64,000 nt of DNA from Phoronis australis. Taxonomy: Eukaryota > Animalia > Phoronida. Position numbers and translations under genes: made by a program. The stretch lies in NCBI GenBank assembly GCA_002633005.1, contig NMRA01000070.1, positions 811,055-875,054 on the forward strand, in the 5' to 3' direction. How positions within the stretch are numbered: position 1 is the first letter of the stretch; every line of letters begins with the position of its first letter. Below, one piece after another: positions 25,706-39,500 of this stretch. The notes beneath the pieces are model-generated. The model was not told the origin of the DNA, did not search any database, and worked only from the letters and a program-made list of their open reading frames with translations.

Positions 25706-27768
25706 AACATTTTAGAATATGAGTATGCTCTCAACACAACACCTTTCAATTCCTATATTATTTGATAGGAATGAAATTGGTTTAAATTTCGTTGAAATTT
25801 TAGGGTCTAATTGAGTTTGTTTAATTAAAAACTTGAATGCACATAATCTTTTTTTTTCATATGGTGTGTAACTTAAAGATTATGAAAACATTAATCTTAA
25901 TGGGGGAAAAAGAATAAGTCATACTTTAACCTCAAAAGTTTTTAAGGAAATGATGAAATATTCTGAAAAAGGCTAGGTTTCTGTTTTTTTGTTCATTTTG
26001 AGATCATTTGTTATGCAAATTTCATTTTTAGAATTGTTTTAAAATATTTTGGAACAAAAGAAATGTTTTCACTGAACCATAGTATATCTTGAAGTGTTTT
26101 GTCATTTTCAAAGTGGTTTGGTGTCGATGCCATGTTGTTAACCTAATTGTAAAGGACTCTCCATCTTGTTTTAGGGACACACTTAGCTACGTATTCCCAA
26201 TATAGTTGTCTAAACTTGCAATTTTGTGGCCCGAAATTTTTGGGTGCTGTTTGCTGAAAAAAAGGTTATTTTTGAGGCCCTAAAAACTAAATAACTCGAG
26301 AGCCGCCTAACCGATTCAAAAGATTGAAAAAGTTGTATATAAACGGCATGTCTAAATCTACCATTTAAGACTATTCAAGCGTTTCTGATTTAGTATTTTC
26401 CTTTGCTCTGACAGTTCTATTTTGTAAAATATAGTTTCCAAAGGGTGTTTTTGTATTCCTTTATCTGAAATGTACACAACACTTTTATGTAATGTTGTTA
26501 TATTTTTTCCTGTTTGTCATTGTAATAATCAATTCCTCTGTATATTTGTGTTGCCAGATTTAACTTAACAATTGTAAAGTAAGGCAGGGAAATCCCAGAT
26601 CTCTGTTACTAACTCATTGGAACTGGGAAAATACAAAAATGAAAAATTTCTATTTTGTTTGTGCTGTGCAATCCTATACCCGTTGAGAAAACACCTATCA
26701 AAACCCGAGTCTTCCCCTTTCATGTTCTGTGATTTCAAATTTTGTGGTATTTTGTTTCAGTTGGTGGTTTTACTTCACGTTATCATATAACTGTTTTTCA
26801 TCTCCAGGCAAAAATGTACATGTAACACTTAAAACTGCATTCCCTTCACTAAGTATAAAGTACAAATACTTAATTTATAAAAAATGTAGGTTATCTCTCC
26901 ACTACTCAATATTGGAAATGATTCTATTGTGGCAAGTGAATATTCATGGTTAGTGCGATACTGAAAATTAGCTCAGTTTTTTGTTTAAAAATCCATAGGA
27001 GAGTCCCGTAGGGAGAGTTCACTTTAACAAAATCACGTTCCTTATAAAACACTTGGATCCACAGTACTTTAAAGAAATTCTACATATTTGTGATATTTAC
27101 AACCTATCCTTTTTATTTAGAGGATATTCACACACTGAAAGAGAGAAATAGACATTAGGTCTTAATGAGCATGCCCACTTTCATAATCATAAGTATCACT
27201 CGTCAAGAAACTGTGGAGAACACGTCAGTTCAGTCGATGTGGAGATCACGATGTGCTGCGATTGAAAATATTGGAGTCCCTTTTGATTGCATTCAAGAAG
27301 TCTGTTTTGAATGAGCAGCAAACAGGGTCATGCTGCACTTGTTTGCGCTACATTCTTGTTACCCCTCCATTTGTCTGTCTTTACAGAATTTCACACCTGC
27401 CGCGTATTTTACTAGCTTTTACTCTGTGGTGGTATGACTGCATCATTTTATTTCCACTTGAGAATGAAACAAGTTTGCTTCGAAATATCATGTCTCTTGG
27501 TCAGTTTCTTTTCCAATCTTCTGTTGAGTGTCAAATTTTGTTCCGAGAATACAAACGGAATGGAATAAAGATTAACAGCAATAAGTGTGGTGTATTGAAC
27601 CAATTTTGCATAATCACAACTATGTTCAGAAGTTGCCTTATGTTACTGCAGACTGCCATGTTATGTTATTCTGACTTACGCGAACGAATACGTGTGTTTC
27701 CCGCCTTGTAAATAGACTTCCGTGTAGTTCCTGCCCCAGATGTCGCTTCCTCTGACTGTTTATTCTCG

Positions 27769-30381
27769 TGTCGCTTTTTCGAATGTCATTCCACAAAAGT
27801 TTATGGTATAGAAACGTCCAATGTACATACAGTTATTCAACGGAATTTTGGTTGGGCTCGGGGCGATATCGGTACTTGTGTTTCTTGATATAAACTAGTT
27901 CATTTGCATTCATTAGTAAAGTTTTCCCGTGTTATGTCATGTGGATTTAACGTTTTGAACGCTTGCTATTAATGTATGCCCTTTGCCAGCCGTTATTTTG
28001 CTGGGCGTTGTCCGGAGAATTGAATTGTTCTATACATGGTATAGCATTATGTAATGTGTAAATTTGAACATACTAGTTTTTTGTTACATTTCACTGAGTT
28101 TACCTACTACTACTACTACATATACTGCTGAAAATGAAAGAGTAAAGCCCTAGAGCCTGTTTTGTTTTGCTCCAACACCTTATAATGTACTTTTGGCCTA
28201 CAATAATAGTGGCAGCTAGTTTTTGACACTCAGGTTTTGCAAATGGTATGTCAATGTCAATTAGCCTTTGGGTCCTTCACCCTGGAACAAAGCTGTGTGG
28301 ACTAAGCAAATATTTATTGTTAACCATTGTTACACATACGTATTTGTTGGTTAATACTTGTGCTTATGATTATGAGTTGATTCGTACGGTACTGAATTTA
28401 AACAAACTTGCAGCAAAAAATCAGCTGATGCGACTGTATGTGTAAACACGGGAAAATCACTGAAGACGTTTCTGGCGTTAATAACTCATACATGTCTGAA
28501 TTATCTTGTGACTGTGTTAAATGAAATGACAGAAAACAATATACGCATTTATTTTTACCAGTCTTAAAAACTTCAAAAAATTAAGTAATTCGACTCACCA
28601 CTCAACCAAATCTTGAAACGAGAGAACGGCCGCACCCTAAACTGAAACCGGAAGTTTTCTATCCCGTCTGTGCAGCGCCCTCTAATCGTTGGTGGTTATG
28701 TCTCTTGGTCCGTATCGCACTCTAAATTAGCAATTTCAAAGGCGTGAAATTAGGTGACACGGAGTTTCAGTGTCGGAGTTACAATATGTTTTTACAAGAA
28801 ACAATTCGACTAAGCTGAAAGGCGTGTATGCTCCATCTAATACCAAAAATTTAGACCAATTATGTAGTTTCCAGTGTTGTTGCAAAGTTGATCAATTTGA
28901 AAATTTAAGATTAATGAACGCGTGCCTAAACCTACACATGTCGATGCATTTGCAGCTCTACATCTAGGATATACCGATGTGACCAAACTTCGAACCGTCA
29001 TCACAAAAATAGGCCTACTTCACTTACCAGGTGAACAAAACAAACACAGTGACGCTGGTATCAAGATATATTTGNTGTCGCTTTTTCGAATGTCATTCCA
29101 CAAAAGTTTATGGTAAAGAAACGTCTAATGTACATACAGTTATTCAACGGAATTTTGGTTGGGCTTGGGGCGATATCGGTACTTGTGTTTCTTGATATAA
29201 ACTAGTTCATTTGCATTCATTAGTGAAGTTTTCCCGTGTTATGTCATGTGGATTTAACGTTTTGAACGCTTGCTATTAATATATGCCCTTTGGCAGCCGT
29301 TATTTTGCTGGGCGTTGTCCGGAGAATTGAATTGTTATATACATGGTATAGCATCATGTAATGTGAAAGTTTGAACATACTAGTTTTTTGTTACATTTCA
29401 CTGAGTTTACCTACTACTACTACTACATATACTGCTGAAAATGAAAGAGTAAAGCCCTTGAGCCTGTTTTGTTTTGCTCCAACACCTTATAATGAACTTT
29501 TGGCCTACAATAATATTGGCAGCAAGTTTTTGACACTCAGGTTTTGCAAATGGTATGTCAATGTCAATTAGCCTTTGGGTCCTTCACCCTGGAACAAAGC
29601 TGTGTGGACTAAGAAAATATTTATTGTTAACCATTGTTACACATACGTATTTGTTGGTTAATACTTGTGCTTATGATTATGAGTTGATTCCTACGGTACT
29701 GAATTTAAACAAACTTGCAGCAAAAAATCAGCTGATGCGACTGTATGTGTAAACACGGGAAAATCACTGAAGACGTTTCTGGCGTTAATAACTCATACAT
29801 GTCTGAATTATCTTGTGACTGTGTTAAATGAAATGACAGAAAACAATATACGCACTTATTTTTACCAGTCTTAAAAACTTCAAAAAATTAAGTAATTCGA
29901 CTCACCACTCAACCAAATCTTGAAACGAGAGAACGGCCGCACCCTAAACTGAAACCGGAAGTTTTCTATCCCGTCTGTGCAGCACCCTCTAATCGTTGGT
30001 GGTTATGTCTCTTGGTCCGTATCGCACTCTAAATTAGCAATTTCAAAGGCGTGAAATTAGGTGACACGGAGTTTCAGTGTCGGAGTTACAATATGTTTTT
30101 ACAAGAAACAATTCGACTAAGCTGAAAGGCGTGTATGCTCCATCTAATACCAAAAATTTAGACCAATTATGTAGTTTCCAGTGTTGTTGCAAAGTTGATC
30201 AATTTGAAAATTTAAGATTAATGAACGCGTGCCTAAACCTACACATGTCGATGCATTTGCAGCTCTACATCTAGGATATACCGATGTGACCAAACTTCGA
30301 ACCGTCATCACAAAAATAGGCCTACTTCACTTACCAGGTGAACAAAACAAACACAGTGACGCTGGTATCAAGATATATTTG
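27769..30381. repeat. 1306-bp near-identical tandem duplication (27769-29074 / 29076-30381) joined by a single N; probable haplotype-overlap artefact
   Basis: ORFs repeat with a 1307 offset (28248/29555, 28770/30077). There are scattered SNPs, and the N at 29075 sits exactly at the junction. Confidence 0.9.
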
Positions 30382-30411
30382 ATTCACAAGTGCATCCAAC
30401 AAGAAACAATC

Positions 30412-33400
30412 TCATAAATGTGTTTCAATTGATACCGCATCCGTTGTTTCAACGACTATTTTGCTGCGGCAGCAACATTGGCGAAGAAAAACTCTCATCT
30501 TGTAAAGTCCGAAGTTGACTAGATGTACCAGAGGTACCGCTACCAATACCAGTACTACGACGTAAACGGCTGTCCAGCTGGGGGCGGCGATCCAATCTAG
30601 CACACCATTGTAAATGTATGGTTTGTCGCGTGAATTCGTGCCTAAAAATGTTATCGTGTTGTACAGTATAACGGTAGCAATGGCTAAACAATGACACTTA
30701 GCCCTAGCGGAGGGGCGGTGCGATCTCTTAATTCTTAGCTAATTCTTTAAACATTAGATTTTGCATGGAATAAAGCTTACAATATACCGTTCCATAGACC
30801 TATTGTATTCATTTTTAATTATAGTTATAGGGATGCCGTGCAGAATACAAAAAAAAAACAATTAAACTTTACAGGTGACACATCTTCAGCCTCAGTCCTG
30901 AGCATTTAAGTCGCCTATATACCAATAAATACCCAAAGGGATACACACAATATGTACTATTCCTGTGACATTCTAGTGCCCTAGTTAAAAACCTCGCAAG
31001 AGCTTCCGTGTAATCTAGAAACAACCCTAGAAGCGAGCATTCACGTGGGAACTTCGTAAAACGGTTGTTAAATTATTGTATCTGGCGCAAACGAAAATAA
31101 AATGCATTTCGTCATCAATTACTTTTTGGTTAAATACTTTACAAGATCTTAATGAACTAAACACGGTGACTTGCGATGATAAATCTTGGCTCATTGAATG
31201 GAAACAATGAATTCTGTCCTATCCCATAATTCAACATTCTCACCGATCAACCACTATAATGGCCGCTACCTAAATCAGTTCCGTCAGTCAGGTGTCACGG
31301 TTGGCTCGACTTGTGGTTTTTGTAAACGGCAGTTTTCAAAGAAATTTGGAATGTGCGAAGTTCACTGTTCTTTCAAAAGGAAGATGGATTATAATACAAT
31401 TCCGCTCTGTTACGTTCACGTTTCCTTCACAAAAGTCCGCAATGCCAAATTAAAAAAACCTGTCATTAAAACCGCCAGTTCCAAAAAACAAGACTCTTTC
31501 GTCTGTTTCCGCTTCCACCAAAAGAAACTCTCGAAGACTTCTTTCGTTTTCAATCGGCATAGAAGTAAAAACTTGGTGAGTGGGTTAAATGTTGAAACCT
31601 TTTCCCAAATCACGACATCAACTTTACGATAGAGGTAATATTGATAAAATGATAAGACATTTGTCTGGAAATTTTTGCCATTTCCGCATTCACTGCAGAT
31701 TTCTTTCATAAAGCGACTTTTCTGTGTTCCTTAGCACCTGGTGGTGTATTTTGGTTGATGTATACCTTGTACACGGAAAGTTTGTTTTATACACAACGCG
31801 TGTTCATAGCAGCTGTGACGCAATACTAAAACAAAAGTGCGAGGACCATAAATATACGAAGTTGTACTTACCCCCAACATAGGTGTAGATAATACTGAAT
31901 ACAAGATAGATGATGCAAAATACAACACTGTGAAAGAAGTGATAAACCCTGATCGGTATCGCAGTCACAAATGCGTCAGTGAAAACGTACAGTATCGTTA
32001 TCCCATGCGTGTGCACGTCCACAACGTCAAGGGGAACTGTAAAAGCAAGTACTAATAGTCAGACTTTCAGGTTTTCTGAAACAGTAACAGATTAATAATC
32101 TTGTTGTAGGACTAAATTTCACGCACATGTATTCTGTTAAATGTGTTGCTACTAATCGAAGTCATAACATTTCCTTTAAAAATGCTCACAGTTATTAAAA
32201 AAAGGTTTTGAGAGGAAAAGTACAAGTTCATGTAGATACCGTTGGTACATCCATGATGTTTTAAAAGTTTTGCCAATATGTTTAGAACCGTTCTAAGCGT
32301 GTCGGCAAGATTTTAGAAAATCTTCGCAGGACTGATTTTCAGAAAATCTCGACAAGACTTTCAAAACGATGCTGGCAAGACTTTTGAAATTCTAGGGGAA
32401 GTTCTTAGAAATCTAGGCATGATTTGTAAAAAATCTTGGTGAGGTTTAGGGATAATTTGGACAAGGTTGAGAAACGTTGACATGATTTTCAAAAACACTG
32501 ACAAGACTTTATTGAAGTACTTATAATCGTCTTGAAGTGATTTTTCGGCATTTTTGCATTCCATACAATGATGGTTGTATACAGGGTGCCTCAAAAACAT
32601 ACTCGTACAACCTACCTTGCTCTAAAAGTACGATGCATAATGTATGTGCGTGATCCGTCGCGTCTCTGTATGCACGCGGGCGGCTAACAAACGACACTTT
32701 GGAGGACGAACATTTATCGCGTAACGCTACTGAAAACTCAATGAATCAAAAAAATTCGAACACAAACTTCTTGCCGAGTCAATTGGTTGAATGGATTAAT
32801 TATTTTTGCTCACCTCTTTTCTAATTCAGTAAACAATGCAGTTCCTGTCATTTGCAGTGTGAGTACATTTTCGAGACACACTGTACATAGGTGACAAACT
32901 CTATCTTATAGTGAACTTCAAATTCAGCCAATTGTCCCACTGAAACTCACTGTGCAGCGTGTTCCACGGAGTTCAGTGTAATGCATACCATGAATTCTTA
33001 CCCGTTTTATTCGGAAATAGCAGCACCCAGTAAGCCAAGCCCACAACCAAGGCGAGAACAAATGCCATATTATGAAACACCCAACTCATCTTGAGGTACC
33101 AAGGCATCATCACCATCACCTCGTCACCTAATATAAAGAGCATTTCCAGAACTTAATTGCATAAACAAAGAACTTTTAAAATTGCATCATAACGAGTAGT
33201 TTGACTTCGTGGGCTCGCCGGGGACTCGAACGAGCCCCCCCCCCTCCATTTGGCGAAGTGGGCAAAAAGGTCCGCCTCAGAGAAACAAAAACTCCGAGAA
33301 AATGAGACAGAAGTCCACAGGCATTCGGCGCGAATGCACAATTCATAGGTCTGAGCGTAGTACCCTATTTTTTATTTTCTTTGGTCCCCGTTTCTTTTTT

Positions 33401-35002
33401 TCAGTAAAATTCCACTTACTGAAATATTCGAGCCCCTTATATCTTAGACTTGGATCGCACATGAACGGGCAGAAGTCATTGAGTGTAAACTTATTAAAAT
33501 TCTGTACCTGATGCGTTCCTTCGTCTCCACGTATAGACAGCGACAGTGGCAGCCTTGATGATGACAAGTATCGTTATCACGAGGTACTGCCAATTTGTGA
33601 GGTAGATGAACCATTTTACCCTGTTCTCTTCCCCCGAATACCAACCACCGGGTAAAGCTCCGCTCAACACGCACCACGTGACCGTGTAGAGCATCCAGAC
33701 GATACAGTAAAACATGTAAACGAACGGATGCCAATTCCACTGTAAAGAAATAAACACACTTCATGGTAACATAAGGGTTGTATTCGTGCCCCAGGAAAAT
33801 CTGTTGACCAGGCTGCACCGTTTAAGCCTAATGGGCATCATCATTGAAACTCAAAGTCGCACTCACACGCTGGGAAGTGACCGTGAAATTATTATGAAAT
33901 TGTTTTTAAATACCTCCTTGGTCATAAAGTGGTCATTCCTGCGGTTTCGAAGGACTGTCAGTAATCATTAACAGAAGATCATCCAGTTCAACATCACCAA
34001 CGAATGCCAATGAGTAAAGCACACAAACGATGTCAAATCACAAATCTGCATACGAAACCACTGGATATTCCTTTCATGTAGCACCCCCCCCCCCTTTCGA
34101 TGAAGTGATGATCGTTATACGCACGATACACCAGAGTATACTCGTTCCATATCAATGCACGACCGGCCTCGGACAATATAGAATTTCTTTCCCTTCGTCC
34201 ACGTGACCTTGTGCTCGCGAGGTTTATGAGTTCTAGAGTGTCTGTTTGGTCAGATCACGAAAAGTGGCATCTGACGTACGGGCAGGACTAAAGTGATACT
34301 CCATGGCCAATGTCATGACATCAAGAGTTTTTGTACCGCGGGAGGTACACATCGGGAATTACTGTACCGCGATTCAGTTGACCAGAAGATAGAAGTACAT
34401 AGATCAGTAGCAGTGTGTTAATATCGGAATGGTTTTCAGAAACAAATGAGAGTATTTGCCAGGCAAACCTACAAAGAACAAACGCGTGTTCACAAAATAA
34501 AATGCGTTGTAAAGTGGAATTCTGCAAACTAAATTTAATAACTTACGGAAACAAGAGTAGGTGGATCGTTTACACTTTTAGTACACTTGTAGCAGTTGCT
34601 GTATATGTATATTTATTTACAATGCTATAATTGCATTCGGAACCTCGGGTATTTCTGCCTAAATAACCCCTTGGGTGCCGAACGTTTTCTGCGCAGGTGT
34701 GAACTTCAATCCTACTGCCCATCATTATCCAGTTTGAAAGTTCTTGAAGTAACTTGCCGTATGACTGAACTCTGCACATGCGCAAATGATGGGAGGCTAT
34801 GAAAATACCCGAAAGTACCAAAAGCTAATGTCGGTGTGCTACTAGATTCGCACAGGCAATGAAAATAGTAACAGGAGTATAAACATTCATGTGGATTATC
34901 TATAATTACCTGGCAGACAACGAACAGTTCCGGAGCCTCATGATTCAGTCCGAAGTTTGAAGGTTTAAACTCACGTTTGAAGGCTTCTTTACAGCCTCCC
35001 AT
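30412..35002 (-). CDS. rost: Protein rolling stone-like multipass membrane protein (FAR-17a/AIG1-related), 281 aa; exons 35002-34910, 33739-33508, 33127-33002, 32036-31872, 30641-30412
   Basis: Phase-consistent GT-AG junctions give 846 nt. Family motifs are FKREFKPSNFGLNH..PELFV.CQW, KWFIYLTNW, MPWYLKMSWVF, AYWVLL, DVHTHG, IPIRVYHF, Y.VFS.IY...GGT....PYIY..LDW, and a C-terminal CCC. Confidence 0.9.
33209..33312. repeat. Dispersed repeat / MITE end (inverted homolog at ~57820-57935)
   Basis: ccatttggcgaagtgggcaaaaaggtccgcctcagagaaacaaaaactccga is the reverse complement of tcggactttttgtttctctgaggcggacctttttacccactttaccaaatgg at ~57842-57893. Confidence 0.75.
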
Positions 35003-36169
35003 CCTCCTGTGAAACATAAGTAGAACTTGCGTGATCTTCATTTAAGGCCAACGACATGATTGGTTCTGCTCTTTACCCCAACTCATTCTGAGACCTGCGC
35101 TGACTAAAATAGATAACTCCCAACCGCATCAGTTTTAGAACACTGATGACGTAACCCCAAGCTAAGCCACTGTCGGTTGCATTCGTTGTGTTTTGTACTA
35201 ACTTTATTTTCAAAACGGCAGATATGTACTTTCAAGTCTGGGGACATTATTTTAAGTCACGCTTGCTATTGCGTCCCAACTGCTGCTATATCGTATCTTA
35301 GAAGCGACTCCGTCCTCGCACGGTTACATTGTTCGAAATGACGTATAAATATAAATTATTTCATGGCGAAATCGTTATTCCCCCGTTAGCTAGAGCCCTC
35401 GTGGATTTTGTAGAATAATTCTCCAAAATCCACGAGGGCTCTAGATAGCGGGGGATAACGACTGAGAACATGTAATAATCTATTTCTACCACATACTGAA
35501 CGAGAAACATTGCAACGAATCGATCTACCTTTCTCGCCTCGGCTTTGTAACTACTTTTTACATGTATGTCAGAGGCCCGGGGTCGGAGGTCGTGACCGTT
35601 TAAGAAAAGCCGAGCTATTTTTGTCAAATAATGCTTATACTCAAAACCAATTGAAAATTTAAACAAAATAAAAATAAAGTGAATCTATAAATTAAGGTTT
35701 AGCAACTATTATAGCTTACTACACATTTTATCACGCTAAGCTTCGACCGGGAAAATATCGTCTGCTAAAGTAGGTTACCACTAGTAGCTGACTACATGTA
35801 TAATGCTCAAGTCAAAGGATCCCGACGATATGATACCCGCATTTAGATTGGAGATCGGTGATTTACAAGTGAGAGTGCACGAGAGAAAAATTTCACTGAA
35901 TTAAAATATCGTTTTTATGGAAATTATTCGTCTTATTTTTCACAGCGTATAAATGTCGGTGCAATGCCCTTTAATGAACATGCGATTATTGCGCGTGCTT
36001 TTTCACGTTCGATGACGTCAGACGCTCAGTGGTGTAGTGGTAAAGTCGGGGACTGGAAACTTTGAGGCCTCGGTTTCCCGCCAAATTGTTATCTCACAAG
36101 TGAGATAACTTTGTGTGTTATTACACGGTTGTATCTGCCATTCGAGGCTAATATTGTGGTATAGTAAGA

Positions 36170-36503
36170 CTTTATTTAGTATTAATATATATACATGTAT
36201 ACGCTCGTATATATGTGAATTTGTATTGGCTCTGGCCCAGGGTACAATAAACAAAAATTAAAAAGGCACATTTGCACACGCAGTCAACCCATTTAAGAAT
36301 TATTCTCTTCTTTTAAGGACAGAATACACATATTTAACAACAGATATATCTGGATTAGCCAGCAAGCGTATATAGGATTCTTGAGTTGGGTGCTTCCATT
36401 GAACTCGTTCTTTCATAAAACGTGACCTAATTTCACAATATCCTTTGCAAATCAACAGGAAGAGGTATTCATCCTCTACAAGACCATCACCACATAGCCT
36501 CAC
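36170..36503 (-). mobile_element. Non-LTR retrotransposon (LINE, RTE-X-like) 3' remnant
   Basis: The ORF end LCGDGLVEDEYLFLLICKGYCEIRSRF...VVKYVYSVLKRRE* matches the C-terminal C-x-C...EDExHFL..C..Y..IR knuckle of LINE ORF2. An AT-rich tail with aataaa follows on the minus strand. Confidence 0.65.
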
Positions 36504-39500
36504 GGGCTTTCATTCTGTCAGTGCAGCATAACAAGTTCACAAAAAGAATCTGTCTTTCGTCGCAGTTTTGAGAACCAATTTCCCGCGGTGACTCACCGGA
36601 TGAGTTCATTCCAATGTTATAAACCGGCATGGCGAGGTCTGGTAAAACTGTGTGGGTGACCCAGATGATGAGTAGTTGGGGGCCAAAATTGCAAGAACCA
36701 GGAGAATTTTGCAAGATCGGACGATCTCGTCTTCTGCCTACCTATTTTCTATTATACGGCATTATAAAGATTGAAGCACCGTGACAAAGAGCAAGGTCAA
36801 GGTCATGAAGGCTAATAAAGACATACAAATGTACCCTAATAATTTGAGAAATTTTGGCAGGGAGCGTGCGTCATTTACGATGTATGGGCGCAAGAAATAA
36901 CGCAAAAGGAGAACCTTGGGGAAAGAAAAGAAATACACAAAACGTACCGAGAGTGTCGTAGATGAAGTAATATCTCACGAGAAAATGTTCCACGTATAAT
37001 GTCGAGTGGGATATCTCTTCATCTACGCCACCTCTCGATAAGTTTTGTATTTATCCCATACGCTTCCAATTCCTAAGTTTCTTTCAATTTTCCGCAGATT
37101 TTTTACATACTTTACCTAGACTGTTCACGTGGCGGATTACGTCATATAATGTATATATACTTGCGCGTTAGGTTAAAAGTTTTCACCAGTAAAAGAAACA
37201 GTTTTAAATGTATTACGGTTTCTTACTTGAAAAAAAGAGAACACAGATGAAAACAAAGGTTATTAGGAACACCCAGATTCGGGCAAAAAATAGGAAAAAT
37301 TCGGGCAAAACAACAAAAATACGAGCTCTTGAGCATCCGCTGGAACATGCGACAATAATATATGAGAAAGGAGTGAAATAACTTATGTATCAAAAATATC
37401 AGTTTAATGCTCAGTGTGCCGGCCTAGTTTCAGGGGTGTCTTGACCACAACGCGTGACGGCTTGCATTTGCAAGCAGTTTAAACTTGCCTTGTGACAGTT
37501 AAGTAGTTGAAATACCAATTCACTGAAGTGTTACATGGTAATGCATTGTCTGCGTAATGTAGTGAAGTATACCCGAACTAATTCTACGTTGACACCCTCA
37601 CAGGTCGATATTGGGCAACCCGACTGGTTCGCTTAAAGGGAAGTCCGGTGCAATCTTCAAAGACACCATGCAGTTTTAAGTGGGTGTATCGCTTAATTGT
37701 GGACGCCACACGCTGCAGATGTAACAGTTCTCTAGTCTAGTAGATAATCAGTCCTATTATGATAACACTGGGGACGACAATAAAATTAAATGAGGAGGGG
37801 AAGTACGCCAAAATCTCCTTCGAAAATCGTGTCTGCCCCCATCCCCGGCCTGATTGATCCTAGATCCGCCGGTAAAATATCACTGGGTACACACTCTTGG
37901 CCTGGGAAACGACAACAACCTGGGGAGGAGATAAGCTTACATTGAAAGGTGGCGCTGTACTATAATAGACAGCCGCACAGAATGGGGGAGTAACGGTAAA
38001 ATTCCATAGGAGATGTGCATATTTCGATACAAATTCCTGCCGGCATGAGCGGATGAATCTCATGGTAATCAGTAGTTCTCGATGTTGCAATTTTTAAATT
38101 TTGATTTATAAAAATTTACACTGTTTCCTTCAAGGCGTCCAACCATATGGCTTGGTGACGTCTTTACACCATAGGCTAAAGAAACCACACGAATGCATGA
38201 ATATATTGGATCCCTAGCTGTTATGTGGATACAAAACGGCATCATATTATTCCAAAGGGCACGCGCACACAGACATTTAAATGTTTTCTGCGATATTATT
38301 CGGCATGTGACTGTGACGTTCTTGAAGGAGCAGATGGATTGTTAAACAATCCATGTGGTAGTTTACCTGCTAAAACGGTAGGCTTAGCGATCAAGGTTGA
38401 ATATCGCTTCTTCAAAAACTTTCAGTTGACTAATATGTCACAAGCAAGCACGTGTGGAAACTACTATTGACTGAGCTGTTAACTGAACGTCTCAACGCCT
38501 GGCATCACGTTTGATGTCCAAAAGTAAGCTACAATACAGTGTTAGATAGGTACATGTATATCCGCGAAAAGTGCATACCGAGAACGTATAATAGTCAAGC
38601 TTACCCTTACGTTGAGGAGGCTAGTCTAAACGAACACATTCACAAAATAATCTATCAAATACCTCCCAGCTCAATGACCAAGCGGCAACTAGTCCAGTCT
38701 CCTACCACGTTGTACACCGACTATTCAGTTATTTGTGTGAAGTAAACGCGAATTCGACTACCTTAATTACACCTGTAGCGTTAACCCACTTGCGCTGACA
38801 CCGGTAGGCCTAACAAACATGATTTAACAGCAAGTTCATGAAATGAACAATAGATAGGCGTAGTCCGTCTGTAATGCACTGCTTTTGTCCAGGCACAGAA
38901 CAGTAACACTGAGTTCCGGCTAAGCGTGCCGGGGTGGATTTTCAGTCCAGGCCGGATCAAGTTTTAGAACAACAAACGTCTATACAAGGGTTTAGAAGTC
39001 GTCCAATGCTGCAATGCCGGATGTAAAGCAGTATATTAGTACGTGTAAATAGCTGCATACGGAAATTTGAATCCATAGCCTGCCCACCAAAGAAATGGCC
39101 AAAATAAGAAGGTACACGTACAGGTATTCTGTTGAAGGGAGTTTGTCTAACACGAGGGGGCTTATTGTGTCTGTGTGTCAGTGCCGCGTTCATGTTCATT
39201 GGATATTGACTGACCACAGCATTAGTACTCCAGGATAACCAGCGACATCAATTTTGTTTAGCGTGTAATGGAATAACCTTTATAGCAATAGTGTTAAACG
39301 TGTCTCCGTTCAAATACTATGCAGCGAAGGGGTTTATATATATGTATATACATATTGCTCTTGTTTAAGGATGGTGACCCATAGTCGAATTATTTGCATT
39401 CAGTCACCTTGGGTTTTGAAAGTGATGACCGATTGTGCAGGGCATTTTTGTTTTGTTTTTCGTGTCAAATAATTTGCATTTTGTGTATGGGAAATTGCCA

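Noticed and set aside
27253-27711. 152-aa ORF (and 31198-31632, 9677-10048, 60067-60438)
   Set aside because: These have non-ATG starts or lie antisense within introns, and show no recognisable motifs or consistent splice partners.
27769-30381. 1.3-kb tandem duplication as a real segmental duplication, or its repeated small ORFs as genes
   Set aside because: A single N lies exactly at the junction and the copies differ only by scattered SNPs, which is typical of overlapping allelic contigs. The ORFs are short and lack recognisable motifs.
36019-36085. tRNA gene (also 41340-41408, 43122-43180, 60041-60104)
   Set aside because: A-box-like sequence is present, but the cloverleaf stems and T-loop are broken. 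These are SINE-like relics.
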